A stretch of 54,959 nt of DNA, counting the filler, from Sphacelaria rigidula (taxonomy: Eukaryota): the NCBI GenBank assembly GCA_964200075.2. It is 5 parts of 5 records of this genome, joined end to end, with 100 filler letters (N's around TTAATTAATTAA, not from the genome) between each part and the next. Parts side by side here need not be neighbours in the genome. Positions count along the whole stretch, not along the records: positions 33,038 to 43,948 come from CAXNAA020005693.1; positions 44,049 to 54,959 come from CAXNAA020005694.1; 3 more parts are not named here. The stretch is one strand, 5' to 3'. Positions 35,361-48,000 of the stretch are shown here, piece after piece (positions within the stretch are counted from its first letter, which is position 1; each line of letters begins with the position of its first letter). The translations under genes were made by a program, and so were the position numbers. The notes beneath the pieces were generated by a model, which saw only the letters and a program-made list of their open reading frames with translations, was not told the origin of the DNA and made no database searches.

Positions 35361-37999
35361 TAAACTCTCATTGATACAAATATGCTGTTCTTGGGATGAT
35401 CGTGGGAATATTGGTGGCTTGCACTGCGGGCATGACACCACGTGATGTGACCTGGAATGTTTGACTAGACCCAAAGCCGTGAATTACACAATTATCACTT
35501 CCCACCTTCCAGGTGGGAGGCGGAGAAGCAGACGGGGAGTTCCAAACTTTTTACCATGGTGATATGGCCCTAGAATCTTCATAAACTTTGCGCGGACAGT
35601 ATTACATGACACAACTTGAAGTAACAAAACGATTTCGTATTGACTGTGCCCTGTGTCCTGCACTCTTTTTCGCAGCATTCACGGTGTGACGATTGCATGC
35701 GAGTTCTCTATCGCGTCAGCTGATGTGAGCAAGTTCACCTTTGAGGAGAGTATTCTTCGTCGGGCTGGGGTAGCTATAATATTTTCCGTGTTCAGCTTCT
35801 ACGTGGCAACTGTGTTGGATCTGTGGATAAACACGCTGCCGTCACAGGTGAGCAATGTGTCGTCTACCCATCATTGCATGAAAGGCGTGTCGAAGTCAAC
35901 GCGAATAGCGGTGATATGCAGGGTAAACCCTCATGCCGAAAATGTGAGTATCGTCGGGTGACATTTCACACCGCGCAAAACAACGTTTTCGCCAAATTAA
36001 AAGCGTAGCTTTTGATGGAGAGTAAGTTTTTCAGACATCTATGGAATCGTCAATGTTTTTACGTGAAGGTTTACTGCGTGACCCTGAGTAATAAACCTGA
36101 CGGTCAAAGGGTTAACATTCCAGAGAGATGATCATTGGGTACATTATCCGAAAGCAAACAAACGCCAACATACGATTAGCAGAAACCACGACGGGTTACT
36201 ACCCTACAATCGTACCCAGCGTGGCTGGTGTGCGACCTGTAATCATGAGCCGTTCAATATTCAGCGGCGCACTAATGAGAGGAATGTTTCGATGGTTGGT
36301 ATCTTCATTCCCCTTGTTTATTGTTATTCCGACTAAACATATCGTTCCGTATTATTACTGGTACAGCTCACGCGTCTTAATCTACACGTGGCCCCCCAGG
36401 TCAATAGAATTAATCGTTTGACCTCTAGGGTAGGTGGTCTGTTAAATCGGCATCACTACACCCGACATTCAGAAATGTCGATGTTTCATGCATTAGTAAG
36501 AATACATGAAGGCAGCGTGTTCCTATTCAAAATTGACTCTCAGTCAAACATACGCTCCCAATCAGGCGAAAATGATGTTTTGATCTATATCGAACAGTTA
36601 AACTTGTGCTGCTGAACTACTACAGGCCTTGTAGCCAGCGTGAATACCTGTTGTTTGAAGAGATTTGACGCTCCTAGTGTGGCAGACCTTCGGGACAGGG
36701 CGAGAGACTTCTTTGTAAGGGAAGATCATAGGGTACCCGATATCTCAGGTATTGAATGGCAACATGTGTAACACTGAACACTGAGCAAGAGCACTACACT
36801 TTCTCAATACACTTTTCGCGAATATACGTATTCCAACTACGTGGGCGGGAGGTCGCGACTTGTTGGAGACATGTTATGGAGTAGAAATTAGCTAGTACTA
36901 TATAGAAATAGAGCCGCGTTCTCGCAGCGGGTCACCCTCTAACGGTGGTGCATATCGAGTTCTGTGGGCAACAAACGTGAAGGGTCACGGTGTCCCAAGT
37001 TCTACGGGTAGCAGGTATACACTTCAACACGTCTGCGTGATGCTGAAAATACGACGAACGAACCACTGTGACCACCTTCGCGCTGCGAGATGCTGGTTAA
37101 GTGACAAGAAAAGGGCATAAGCAATCAATTTAACCACATGCTGCGGTTGAATTTTCACCGTTTGATGTTCGAATTGTGTAAGAGCTGACGTCTCTCATCT
37201 CACGACTCGAGTTGTTGCTTCGTACCACGGCACACTCTCACACTCTCATCCACACCTCGCATGCCACTCACAATCGGTAATCGCTTATGCGGTATAAAGG
37301 TAAAAAAGCAAGAAACAGTCGATGGAATAATGAAGAGACAATTAAACAAGCAAGCAAGAGAATAAATAAACAAGCGTGGACTACGCTTCGCTAGGGGTAA
37401 GCCAGTAGAGTTACGGGTTCCGAGGAAGAACTGTGTCGTGCCCTGCTGCCGAAAGATCTCCGAAGCGAAGCGTGATATCTCTCTTGTCGTCTAGGCAAGG
37501 ATGTTGGCCGTGGCTGATGATAGGCAAGAAGAACAACAACTGAACGAGCCGGTACGGGAGTACTGGCAACGTTCAACGAGGGTTCATGCGATGTATCCAT
37601 TATTCCGAACTCTTTCTACCGGAGACCCCGTTGCCTACGTTGCGAAAGATCCAGTTTCATAGGTTTGAACTTTTCGAGTCTGCTCATGTATGTCACAGGC
37701 GGACCCCGTTTCTGAGTCTGTTTCTCGGCTTACATGTGTATTTGTTTGTTCATTACGGTCATACATATGTGGATTCCACACAACCAACCAAATGAATAAA
37801 CAAGCAAACAAAAACAAGCAAGCATGCTGTACCCAATCAAGTGCAGCCGGCACGTACGACGAGCCCACGCATTTCTTAGTTTTAGCTCGTTTTCACGCCA
37901 ATCGCAGAAATTACTGTCTCCTACAGTCAGTACATGCAACACCGCGCAAAGGTAACTCCACTGTGTTCCAGCGCGAACAGGATTATACGAGCTCCACTT

Positions 38000-39810
38000 C
38001 ATTCAGCATACAGCAGAATATCATTGAGTGCCTCACCCTGACTCTTCACCAGACACCATTCACATGTTCAACATTAGAGCGAAAAATCTACAAATGGATG
38101 CCAATACTTTACTAAGCACATGCAATGCCACCTTCTTGCGAAAACCGCCATGTAACGTGCGTGCAAACCAGAGCAGCATAACCCACAGTCACAACACATC
38201 CGCGTGTACAACCGCATTTCCCCCAGCAGACGTGATACAACCTCACTCGCTCAACCGTCATGCGTCATGAGCAAACGGCAGCACAAAGATTACCAGAAAC
38301 CACACCGCAACAACCTATAATCGTCTACGAAACGATTCAGGAATATCAATCATAATGTTTTTCCTCATTCTCAACAAGCACGCAATCACACCAGCACTTG
38401 CTCCTGAATATCACCCAACCGGGCGCTCACCACATCAAGTACCTCAGGCAATACCTTCCTTATAGTCCTCCAGCCCGCTCCTGAGAAAAAAGAGCACTCG
38501 AACTACAACCTTGTGCACACAACAGAGCAGCAGTTCCTCGCGGACACTCGTCCCTCGCACCATCAGTCCAGCTACACGTGGCACCCCCATGCTGCTGCTC
38601 AGCACGCCACCAAATGGCATATTCGCACCGCCAAAATAATGCGACAAATCTTCTGCCCCTACAGATGCTTTCGCATTAACGAACGCTCGTTCTTCAGTCG
38701 TTCTTTCGGAGGAAACGAGAGGCGAAACGGGAACAGCCATGCAGTCCCGTACAGCAACGCTTGCTGATAGCATCACATCGTCCTCCGTGAGCACCTCACC
38801 GTACAGTGGCAGAGACACTACAGTAAACATCGCCAAACACACCAAACCTGCCCATGCAAACAGCAGTGCATATGACCACCCCGGTACCACGCATCGCTCG
38901 ACGTCGCCGTAGAAATGGTGATCGCTAATAGCATCGCAAGCCCGACGCTCGCTCTGCGTACCCAATCCACGCGGATCACACGCCTCTGCTGCTTCGAGCA
39001 TGCAAAGCGTGTCGATAGCTACGCGCTGTTCTGAAGGCAATTCCACCGACTCGGCATTCATTTCTCCTTCAAGTAGACTCCCCTGTGAGTCATCTGAACC
39101 ACCTCTCACCATATCACTGGCGCAGATAGATTGGGCATGAGCATGGCAAGCGCCAAGCTCGCTCTGCTCGCTTGCACTCCGCGAATTTTCACCCCTGCAG
39201 CTTGGCTCTTTTCAACAGCAATACCAGCGGCGGCCGAAGCAGCACCGACTACTGTACTCTCACTGTTCGTGCTGCCCTGTGTGCCCCTTCGGACACACAT
39301 GCTGTGTCATCTTCGCTGCCCTAACAGTGCAGGCAGCTATCCCGCATCGTTGCCTCAGACGCATGGGTGCTCGAACTGCCGCACTATTCACGGGCGCACC
39401 ATCGTGCCTGTCACCTACGACAAATACATGCTGTGTGATCAGTTCGACCTTTACAGTGCACCACACTCGGCGATGCTGAGCAACTAAAAGAGCAATTTAT
39501 CGTGCCCAAAATCATGAGCATGATTCAAGGATGTGCCACACAAACAGTGCCCAATATTATGCCGAGGCACGAGATCAGAAACCGCAGGCTTCTCAAAACC
39601 TTTCTAGCCTTCGCTGCGCGCACCTCACGAATGTAGTCCTCATACTGCCGCACAAACTGGGCAGATCTCTTATTCGAGAACTTGCGACCGCAGTATGACA
39701 TATCCAGAAGTCTTACACGAATAGCGCGACCATCGATGGCAACGTTTTGTTGCGACGCACGGACAGCATGGCCGTCCACTGCGACATACGGCTGCACCTC
39801 GTACAATATG
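38000..39810 (-). mobile_element. Probable heavily decayed LTR-retrotransposon (Ty3/gypsy-like) gag-protease region
   Basis: Intronless run of broken same-strand ORFs (39525-39806, 39106-39300, 38444-39112). 'SAQFVRQYEDYIREVRAA' resembles a gag N-terminal helix. No intact catalytic motif or paired LTRs seen; family call is inference. Confidence 0.45.
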
Positions 39811-42599
39811 GTCAGTAATAAATCAGTTCACATAGCTTTTTTTAAGAAACAAGGTTGTCTCTCAAGCACAGGAAAAACGACTCTTCCCCTACACAAAGAC
39901 ACGCTGGACCAACATACAACGACGACCACAACACCTCTTCCTCACGCGGTTCTCACCACGTCTTGGGATCCTTAGACTCCCCCTCTTAACCGCAACTGGC
40001 CATAGCTTGGACAAGACCACTGGCGATCTTGCTGACTCCAGCGCCAGCAATCAGCTATTACGTCGCTTTTTTGGCACGCTCATGGGCTTGCCAGCTGTCG
40101 ATCCACCTCCCCCGCGCCTTGCGCTCGAGTGATAGAACAGCACGCCGTAGCACTACCTGAGAATCTCCCTGGATCTGCTCCTCCAGCCCCTCTCGACGTG
40201 GGCACGCCTTGAGTTGGTCTAATTTGCTGCAAGCTGATCAGGCCTTCAGTCTTCCCTCTCTCGATTTGTCAGCTGCTTTTCAGCAGACCTACCACCATAT
40301 AACTAGCGGACCTTATAAACGATAATTATAGACCTCTGTCACTCAAGATTAGACAGCTTTGTGAACCTCTCCCATCATGGGTACATAGACTCCGGCAGCT
40401 TTAGCTATTCATGTGTTGAACCTCAGCTGCTCATAGTACAGGAAAACAGGATCGTAGCCTCTCCTGAACGGAGTGAAAACAACCCCAAACCAAAGGGTAT
40501 GACATATCTACCATAGGGTGTACACTTGTGTCGTTTTTCGTCATCATCCATTACATAGTGTACGCCCGTTTTTGTAGTTAGAACATGACAATGTAGACGG
40601 GGCATGGACAACAGTGTGGTCGATGGGTGCGACCCACTACAGCCGCCAGCACAGTAGTTGCAGCCAACGAGGGACCGCAAGAAGTGACGAGGAGCAACTG
40701 TGCTACGTTTGCAAGCATCTGAGCAAGTGGAATATCCTCATTTCATCCGGTGAGTGGCAACGTCGATGCCCCCAGCGGCAGGTGTGCACTCTGCAGACAG
40801 CAGTCGGCACCCGCATGTCCCCTCCGAGAAGCGAGTGCATCCGAGTTCCTATGATCAAACAAGGTCTGCAACGCCTGCGCCATCTCGTCATGTACATAGT
40901 TGGCCGACGCTGTGCAAACTTTGGGGTCAATCGACCGGTGCAGTGCGGAGAACGGCGTGTAATCTTGAAATTAACCCCTGCAAGATCTTGCGGCATCATC
41001 CACGACCCTGCCAAACGGTGAAACGAGACCTCATTTTCGCTAGTTTGCAGGCACGAGAAGTGCAGCCGTATCGTGCTGCGTTTGTGTGCTAGATTGTGAG
41101 GGCACAAGTTTTGCAGGCCTCATGTCCTTGTAGACTTCGTGTATCGTGTGTGCGTGTTGTATCTCTTACCATTTGTATTGGGGTGAAGTGGTCCATCTGT
41201 CAGTCCTGCACCAAAAAAGAAAAAGAAAAACAATTATCTCGGAAGAGAATTGGAGCTCGTTTCATCCCCTCGCGCACTGCTGCGACGCCCAACCCCAGAT
41301 GCAGACTCGTGGGCTTGTTTACTGTGGGGTACATGAGATGTTCCCGAAGTTTCAGCGCATAGCAGCGACGACAGCGCGAGCACCACCGTGCTTCCTGCCC
41401 TGAGCATCTCTACAGTCGATACCGGAATGGCTTTTCTACATCTTGTCATAATCCAGAGGCGGCGCCAGTACTGTTTTTTGTTCGCGAGCACTGCAGCCTC
41501 CCAGGTGGCCGTGATGCGGAAGTGAGTGAGGTACCATGTCCACATATGCATTAACTCACGGTGCACAGAATTTCGGACGCGAGATATTCACTCTGAGGGC
41601 ATACAGACGGTATTGCCGAAAATCGGAATTCGCGTCGATGAACTCGCTCGCACACGGAAAGGAGCTGTGCTCCGGGGAATATCCTGCCCGTGATGTACCC
41701 AACTGGTGCACCAAGTTTCACGTAATAGTCTGAAGTAGCGGCCGAGAACTGCACAATCAAACATGATGCATAAAAGTCGAAAATGGCACCAGTCGACCGT
41801 CCAAAGATACACCAGGTGCAGTTACGCATAATCCTGGTGCCCAAAGATACAGGCGAAACTGCAGCATCTTTGCGGCAGCACGCGAGAGATGGGGATAAGT
41901 ACGCTACTGTATATCCGAGCACTGTGGGTTAGGCTTCGCGAAATCGCCCCGCCACACGATATGCCTGCAATTCCTCTGGCAGTTCAGTTGGTTTGCAGTC
42001 GGAGGTGTCGCGCAAGTCTATATCGCCGGGTGGTGTCGACGTTGGCGATATCTGCATACCGCGTTCATCCTGTCACGATGTGGGGCTCGACGAATGCATG
42101 TTTCGATCCCATTTTCGCCGATTTGCGCACAGTCATGACTCTTATTCTGGAATGTAGACCTAGTTATTGCCAGGAAGGAAGTAGGCAGGTTTTCCGGACG
42201 TCAATTGCTGCAGTAAAGTGCACAAAGTAAGGAGGACTGCTCCCTCTTTACTCTGTAAAGGGTTTGCCCCTTGCGACGGAGTGTTCACGCCCGATGTTGT
42301 ACGCCATATCACACAATGACAGGGTATCCCTAAAAAATTACGCGAACGAGCGTCAACTCCAAAACAGTGTCTCCTCAGCAGTATACATCATGATGCAGAA
42401 ATACGTCTGACTGTGTACTGCGCATCAATCGCAGCGCGACCAATTACAGTGCCTTTTACCGACTTTGCCACGCCACAGAGGCGAGCGAAAGCTTGAAATC
42501 CCCGGAATCGTCGTTCTCTCCGTATGAGGGTGCATGGCGCTTACATCGGCATTGTGGTCAGGGTCCTTGTTAACGGGGATAGCTTTATTTCGATAACAT

Positions 42600-43245
42600 T
42601 AATCGCTACATTTATGCGAAAAACTAAATTCCTCGACAAAAAGGTAACAGTACCTTCCGATCATATTGAATGGTGAAATATTTTTGTGCTAACAACGTGT
42701 AACAGCCGATCATCAAACGTGAGGATGGAGCTTTTGATTGAGGATGATGGCCTCCAAAATTAAAATCTCCGTATTCACACCCACTCTTTGAAATATGGTC
42801 GCATTCCTTCGCCTCCTCGTAGCTACTGGTCGGTATTACTAGCGGTGCAAGGTGGGATTCCGATACCCCAAATGTTGGGGTCCTAGGTCGAAAATAATCC
42901 CGGGGGAATCGGGTGGCCCGTTTTGATTCACTATATTCCCCATACTTTGTTCACGTAGGACCCCAACATTTCGGTTATCTGTGTCCAACTTTTCATGCAG
43001 CTAAGTAGTTGAGAATACCTACGACGAGCTGGAGAAATGCAACAGTATGTCCAACATGTCGTGTGAATACGGGCATTTGAATCCTCCGTGTTAGCATCCT
43101 CGACGAAAAGCTCCTACCAGAATTTTGATTACTCGGTAGAAGGAGCGTGGTATATTCTCATCGCGACTTCTCTCTCGTCTTGATGAACGTGCGAGACTCA
43201 AAAAATTATACAGGGCAAGTATTTTATATAGATATTTATGTAGAT
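42600..43245. mobile_element. Old, imperfect foldback (palindromic) element
   Basis: Nested inverted pairs AAATGTTGGGGTCCTA/TAGGACCCCAACATTT, CCGTATTCACAC/GTGTGAATACGG and GGAGCTTTT/AAAAGCTCC around a centre near 42920. Confidence 0.7.
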
Positions 43246-43831
43246 ATGATTCCCTCAAACCGACCTTCCCTGTGTCGGCGAATGTTCGCCGCGCAATTTA
43301 TAGTACCATGTACTGCCATATGTCCTTGTCTCTGCTGTGCTCAGTCCCCCGCGCAACCGAGGTCAGCAATCGTTTCGCCACGTCCCAGGGCCCGCTCATA
43401 CTCAATGTCACCACCCCTCCTGCCATGCTTTATATGGCTGCTCTCCGCCGCGATACACGTCGTGGTCGCTGCCCAATCAACCTCGGACAGACTGCTGTCT
43501 GTCCACACATCACTTGGCACTTCCCCTATTACCATACCACCCAGCAATCAGCAGGCAGTGTCACCATATCTCATCCCATTGTGATCACAGAAATATTCAC
43601 CAACCCCTTAGAAATGAACTTCTGGCTTCAGCATCGACAAGTTTGAATTCTCCCCGCACCACCTCTCCACATCGTCTGAAAAAGTTGTCATGAGCCCGGC
43701 AGTGAAATGCAAACAAGACTTACAGTACCGACAGCATCACGGCATATGGTTCGGCGGCCTTCCACACCCGCCTTTTTTCATCCGCCTGGAATCCAAGCAC
43801 CACACAGGAACCCACGCGCTCCCAACTCTCC

Positions 43832-43887
<56 letters not shown>

Positions 43888-43948
43888 ATCACACCTCTCA
43901 TTGTCCCCCCGCCCCCCCCCAACCACACCAAACCAAAAATAAACACCA

Positions 43949-44048
43949 NNNNNNNNNNNNNNNNNNNNNNNNNNNNNNNNNNNNNNNNNNNNTTAATTAA
44001 TTAANNNNNNNNNNNNNNNNNNNNNNNNNNNNNNNNNNNNNNNNNNNN
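43949..44048. other. Artificial contig linker
   Basis: Same 100-bp spacer. Confidence 0.98.
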
Positions 44049-44119
44049 CACCCTGCTAAGATTGTTCGGCCCGAAGTCTACTGGTCATCTTGCATTTGGG
44101 TGACAGCCTACAATGAGTT

Positions 44120-44222
44120 ACTTTATTATCAAGTCTCGCCACTTCCAGAGACAGCCATGGCTTATTCGCTGCCTCATGGGTGTCTCACCACGGGAGGGGG
44201 GGGGAGGGGGGAGAGGCATGTA
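44120..44222 (-). mobile_element. Isolated LINE-type 3' UTR/tail
   Basis: 'gccacttccagagacagcca..gctta...ctgcctcatgggtg.ctcacca.gg' matches 7-80 and ends in ATAATAAA on the minus strand. Confidence 0.85.
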
Positions 44223-45057
44223 CACAGCGATGAAAGTGAAGGTCCTCAGCGGCGTGTGTTTCTTCGCGGCAAGACGCAGCCTGCGCGGAACCATTCAAAC
44301 TCGACCAACGTTTCAGAACCACTGCAGATCATTTCCATGAACCCCTTGGGTGTGACAACCGACACGGTACTCCGCTTTTTCTGCGGCCACCGACAGCGGA
44401 AATTTGACGTCGCACCGGTTCGCCAGTGTGGTTTTCGCGAGCATCGAATGGTTTTGGTCGCGTGTGGTTCGGCCAACCGCGGAACGCTCTTCTCGCCTGA
44501 CGACCTCCCTTGAGGTCTTGGTGATGAGGCACCTGAGACCAGCAGTAACACCGTATTGATCGAAATGATAGTCCCCGCTCTCAAACCATTTGGCGTCCCC
44601 CCTCCCCACCCCCCACCCCACCCCACCCCGGGTGTTTCTTCTCAGAGTTTTGGTACCCCAGGAGGACACTTGCCTTCGCGAAGGCATCTTTTCCTTTCTT
44701 TTCGATCGCCAAGAAGGCCTCGGCCCGCCTGGACGCTCGAAAAGCCGACTCCAGATCCTTAGTATGTATCAGCAATTGAGCAGCACACATCAGGCCCAAC
44801 TACACGTCAGCCTGCGACTCCGCACACGATATCGCTGAGTCTGTAAGGATCCCTCCGAGATTCATGAATGTTCGACAAAAATCAAGCAATCAAGTAATCG
44901 AGAAATCAACACTCATCACATGCCAGCGAGCGCCCCAATTCAATCCAAACACGTTGCACCGACTTCTACCCCACGACTTTTGCATCTCGAATGTCACACA
45001 CACTCCGCCGCTATTCTCAGTACCTGTAGATCACCCTGGATAACCACAAAAGGGTGC

Positions 45058-48000
45058 TTATGAAAACATCCCGCGAGTGACCAAGTATCGCCCCCCTGGT
45101 GGAGTAAGAGTTTCAACCTCGATGTTCTCAAAACTCTGCGGAGATTCCGCCCCAATTACGGCCACAGCCGCGCGAATGCAGTGTTTCTGCAAGATGCCAA
45201 GACATCTCGATACACGGGGATCTGTCAGCCGTGCAGGGTCTTGTCTGTCGAGAACAACCACCATGAACAAGTTTCATCGCTCATGGGATGCTACATTCCG
45301 TCATATGCTCCCCCAAGCGTCCAGGCTGTAAACCATATCACGCGCGGGGGTGCTACGCTCTACCATGCAGACTTTTGGCTGCTATTTCACCCGAACCGTT
45401 CGGTCACTTCATCGCGAATCCTGTGAGTCGCGGGCCCTATGAGCAGGAGCGTCAACTGTTGGGCGCACTCGATCGCATAAATACGTTCACTCTATCGTGC
45501 TCTTCCAATACACGGAGAATGTCTTCAAAGCCTAGCTTTAACAAAAAACGACATCCAACCCCAAAACAGCGCTATCTTTCCCTAACCTGAAATCAAGTAC
45601 GACCAGTAACACTTTTTCGGCCTAGTACCCCTCAGTGGCGTGGATACACTATCCATGACTATTACTGGCTATGTGCGCTTACAGAACTGAGCGAAGGTTC
45701 AGCTTTTTTTCGGTTTCGGGGGTGATGAGCGCAGCAGCACGTGTTACGTCAGGGAAAGAAGTTGCTGTTCCGGTGATGACCCTCGCTTCTTCGTTGAAAC
45801 TCATTTTCGAAAAAGTTCACTTTTGCACAAGTTTCAGAGTGGAACCATGCTCTCACCCCTTCAAGTGCCCCCCACTCTACCACACCTCAGCTGGCTCGCA
45901 ATGCGTACACCAGGGTTCGGACAACCGTATCGAAGTATCTGCTCACACAGAATTGCCTAGGGCGAAAAAGGCGATTGACACCTGGAGGGTGAGACCGTCA
46001 CGACCCTCCTCCGCCCTGAATCTCATGAAATATCGCACAACCATGCTTAATTCCGGTTCCTCCTTCGTCTCCAGTCGAGGTCTGCTTGGGTGACAAGTTG
46101 CACGGAGCGGAGGGTGGGAGTGAGCGGCGGGAGAGGGGCTGCGGTAGTTAAGCATGTTGATCACGTGATCCATACATTACACCGCTACTCAACACTTGCT
46201 CGAATGAGTGTAGAAGAATGCGATACGCCCAACGATGACTGCGCTGAAGGCGTTGAACACCTGCCGATTCCTACCCGTGCTGGTGTGGCATGCCATAGTG
46301 ACGTACTTGTATTGGTCCGAAGGGTCGTTGCCGACCCTCGCTTGCGCCGCCGACCCTGCTTCTTCCCAATTGTCAATATTCAAACCGCGTGTGGAGACTT
46401 GAACCCCTCTTCCCCCCTTCCCCCCTTCGTCTCCTGTCGCTGAAGTACTTTTATCATCATCTAACAGCGACGACGAGGACAACTTCACCACGCCCGTCCT
46501 GGATGTTTGCTCGTCAGACATTCAAAAAATGTAAAATGATGACCGCTGTTCTTGACGCGACAATACGTGAAACCTGCTCGAGATTACACACATGGGCTAG
46601 TCAACCGTGCGCATATGTGATGTACCCACCCGAGCATTTCAAGTCCCTATTGCTTCCACGGATGCTTGTTTTTCGCCCTTGATGTGTTATCGCTGACCGT
46701 CGCCTGCAAGCACACTCCCACCCCTTCTTCTCCCCGTCCAGGAAGTAGTCGTCGCAACGTGTACTTCGCACAAACAACGCACCCAGCCTTGACAGGCACT
46801 CGCAAAATTCCGAATCATTTTGGCCGTCAACATGGGCCGTCGAAACCTTTATTTTCGAAACGTAAACATTAGGCTGGTGGGAAATTCACCCGCTTCCTGG
46901 GTCCCCGTTCACTGCACTACAAGCGTTGCAGAGGTCACGGTTCGGTTAGAGTTGCTGCGGTTGGTGATGAAAGCGCTCATTCCGCTTGTATAGGCAACGT
47001 TGTCATACTTGTCAACCAAAACCTCCTAACGGGGAAAATTCGCACCGGCCGTCAATGCTCGAGTCATCATCGGAGTTCGTCTCGGTCGCAAGTAGTGGAG
47101 ACGGTGGCCGCGCTCGTTGAACCTTGTCCCGAAAAGGAGTCTTCAGCGCCGCTCTTGGTTTTCAATACGGATGTAAGAAGAACGGAAGTCATTGCGGGGG
47201 CGATTCAAGAGAAACCACATATGAATAGCATGATCGTCAAGAAGTGGGTTCAGGTCTCTGCTTCCTTTCTGGTATTTCGGGGGCAAGTCTCACGATAGAA
47301 CATTCAGTATTTTTCGGGACGCCATCACTTACCAGTTACATCTGTATATGGGCGAGAGCACCTTATGGAGGCGAGAATGTCTGGGGAATGACCACCCGAA
47401 ACTGGTGTTTAGTTTTGGAGTGCTAGGGAGAGAACTTCAAGCGCTCTGCGTCGTCACTCGTTCCATCAAGGTGCGCATTTGGTTCCTGAGAGTGTGGGGG
47501 GGTTGACCATCCCAGCTACAGTCGGCGTTCAGGTGCTAGGGAATGCTGACTCTTCGTGTTTGGAGAATCTAGTTCGGCAATACAAATTTCACTCACGTCG
47601 ATATTTCCTTACCTGTCCCGCCTCATTCTCTCGTGTATCTCGGCCAGGCGAAACGGTGGTCGTTGATGCTCATCCACCCCAGGGAGTGTCGGCATGGCCT
47701 TCACCCGTTCCAGTCTCCTCTTCAGTCCGCGTTGTAACGGATTGCCGGGCCGAGCATGGTTACGACGATGCCTCTGTATTTTTTCGACGGGAGGCCTGTG
47801 GTGATGGATACAAGGGGTGTCAACCCCTTGCCCCAGGCCCGCTTGTGGTTCGGAAAGAGGTGGAACGTATGTGCTTGCGCTGCTGGTTGCACTCGAAGCA
47901 TCATTCGGTGACAGCCAATGAGGATTGTTCTGCTTATTGTCTTCCTCGTCGTCGTTGATTTCGCCGTGACTCGATGTAGTCTCGGGGTGATGGCTGTGGT

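Noticed and set aside
36100..36116. AGGG|TTAA as a piggyBac right end
   Set aside because: No matching left TIR found in this contig; motif too short alone.
43834..43920. Poly-Pro/poly-Gly ORFs (also 50817-50906, 49811-49839, 21843-21872)
   Set aside because: C/G homopolymer runs of unreliable length, often next to gaps or contig ends.
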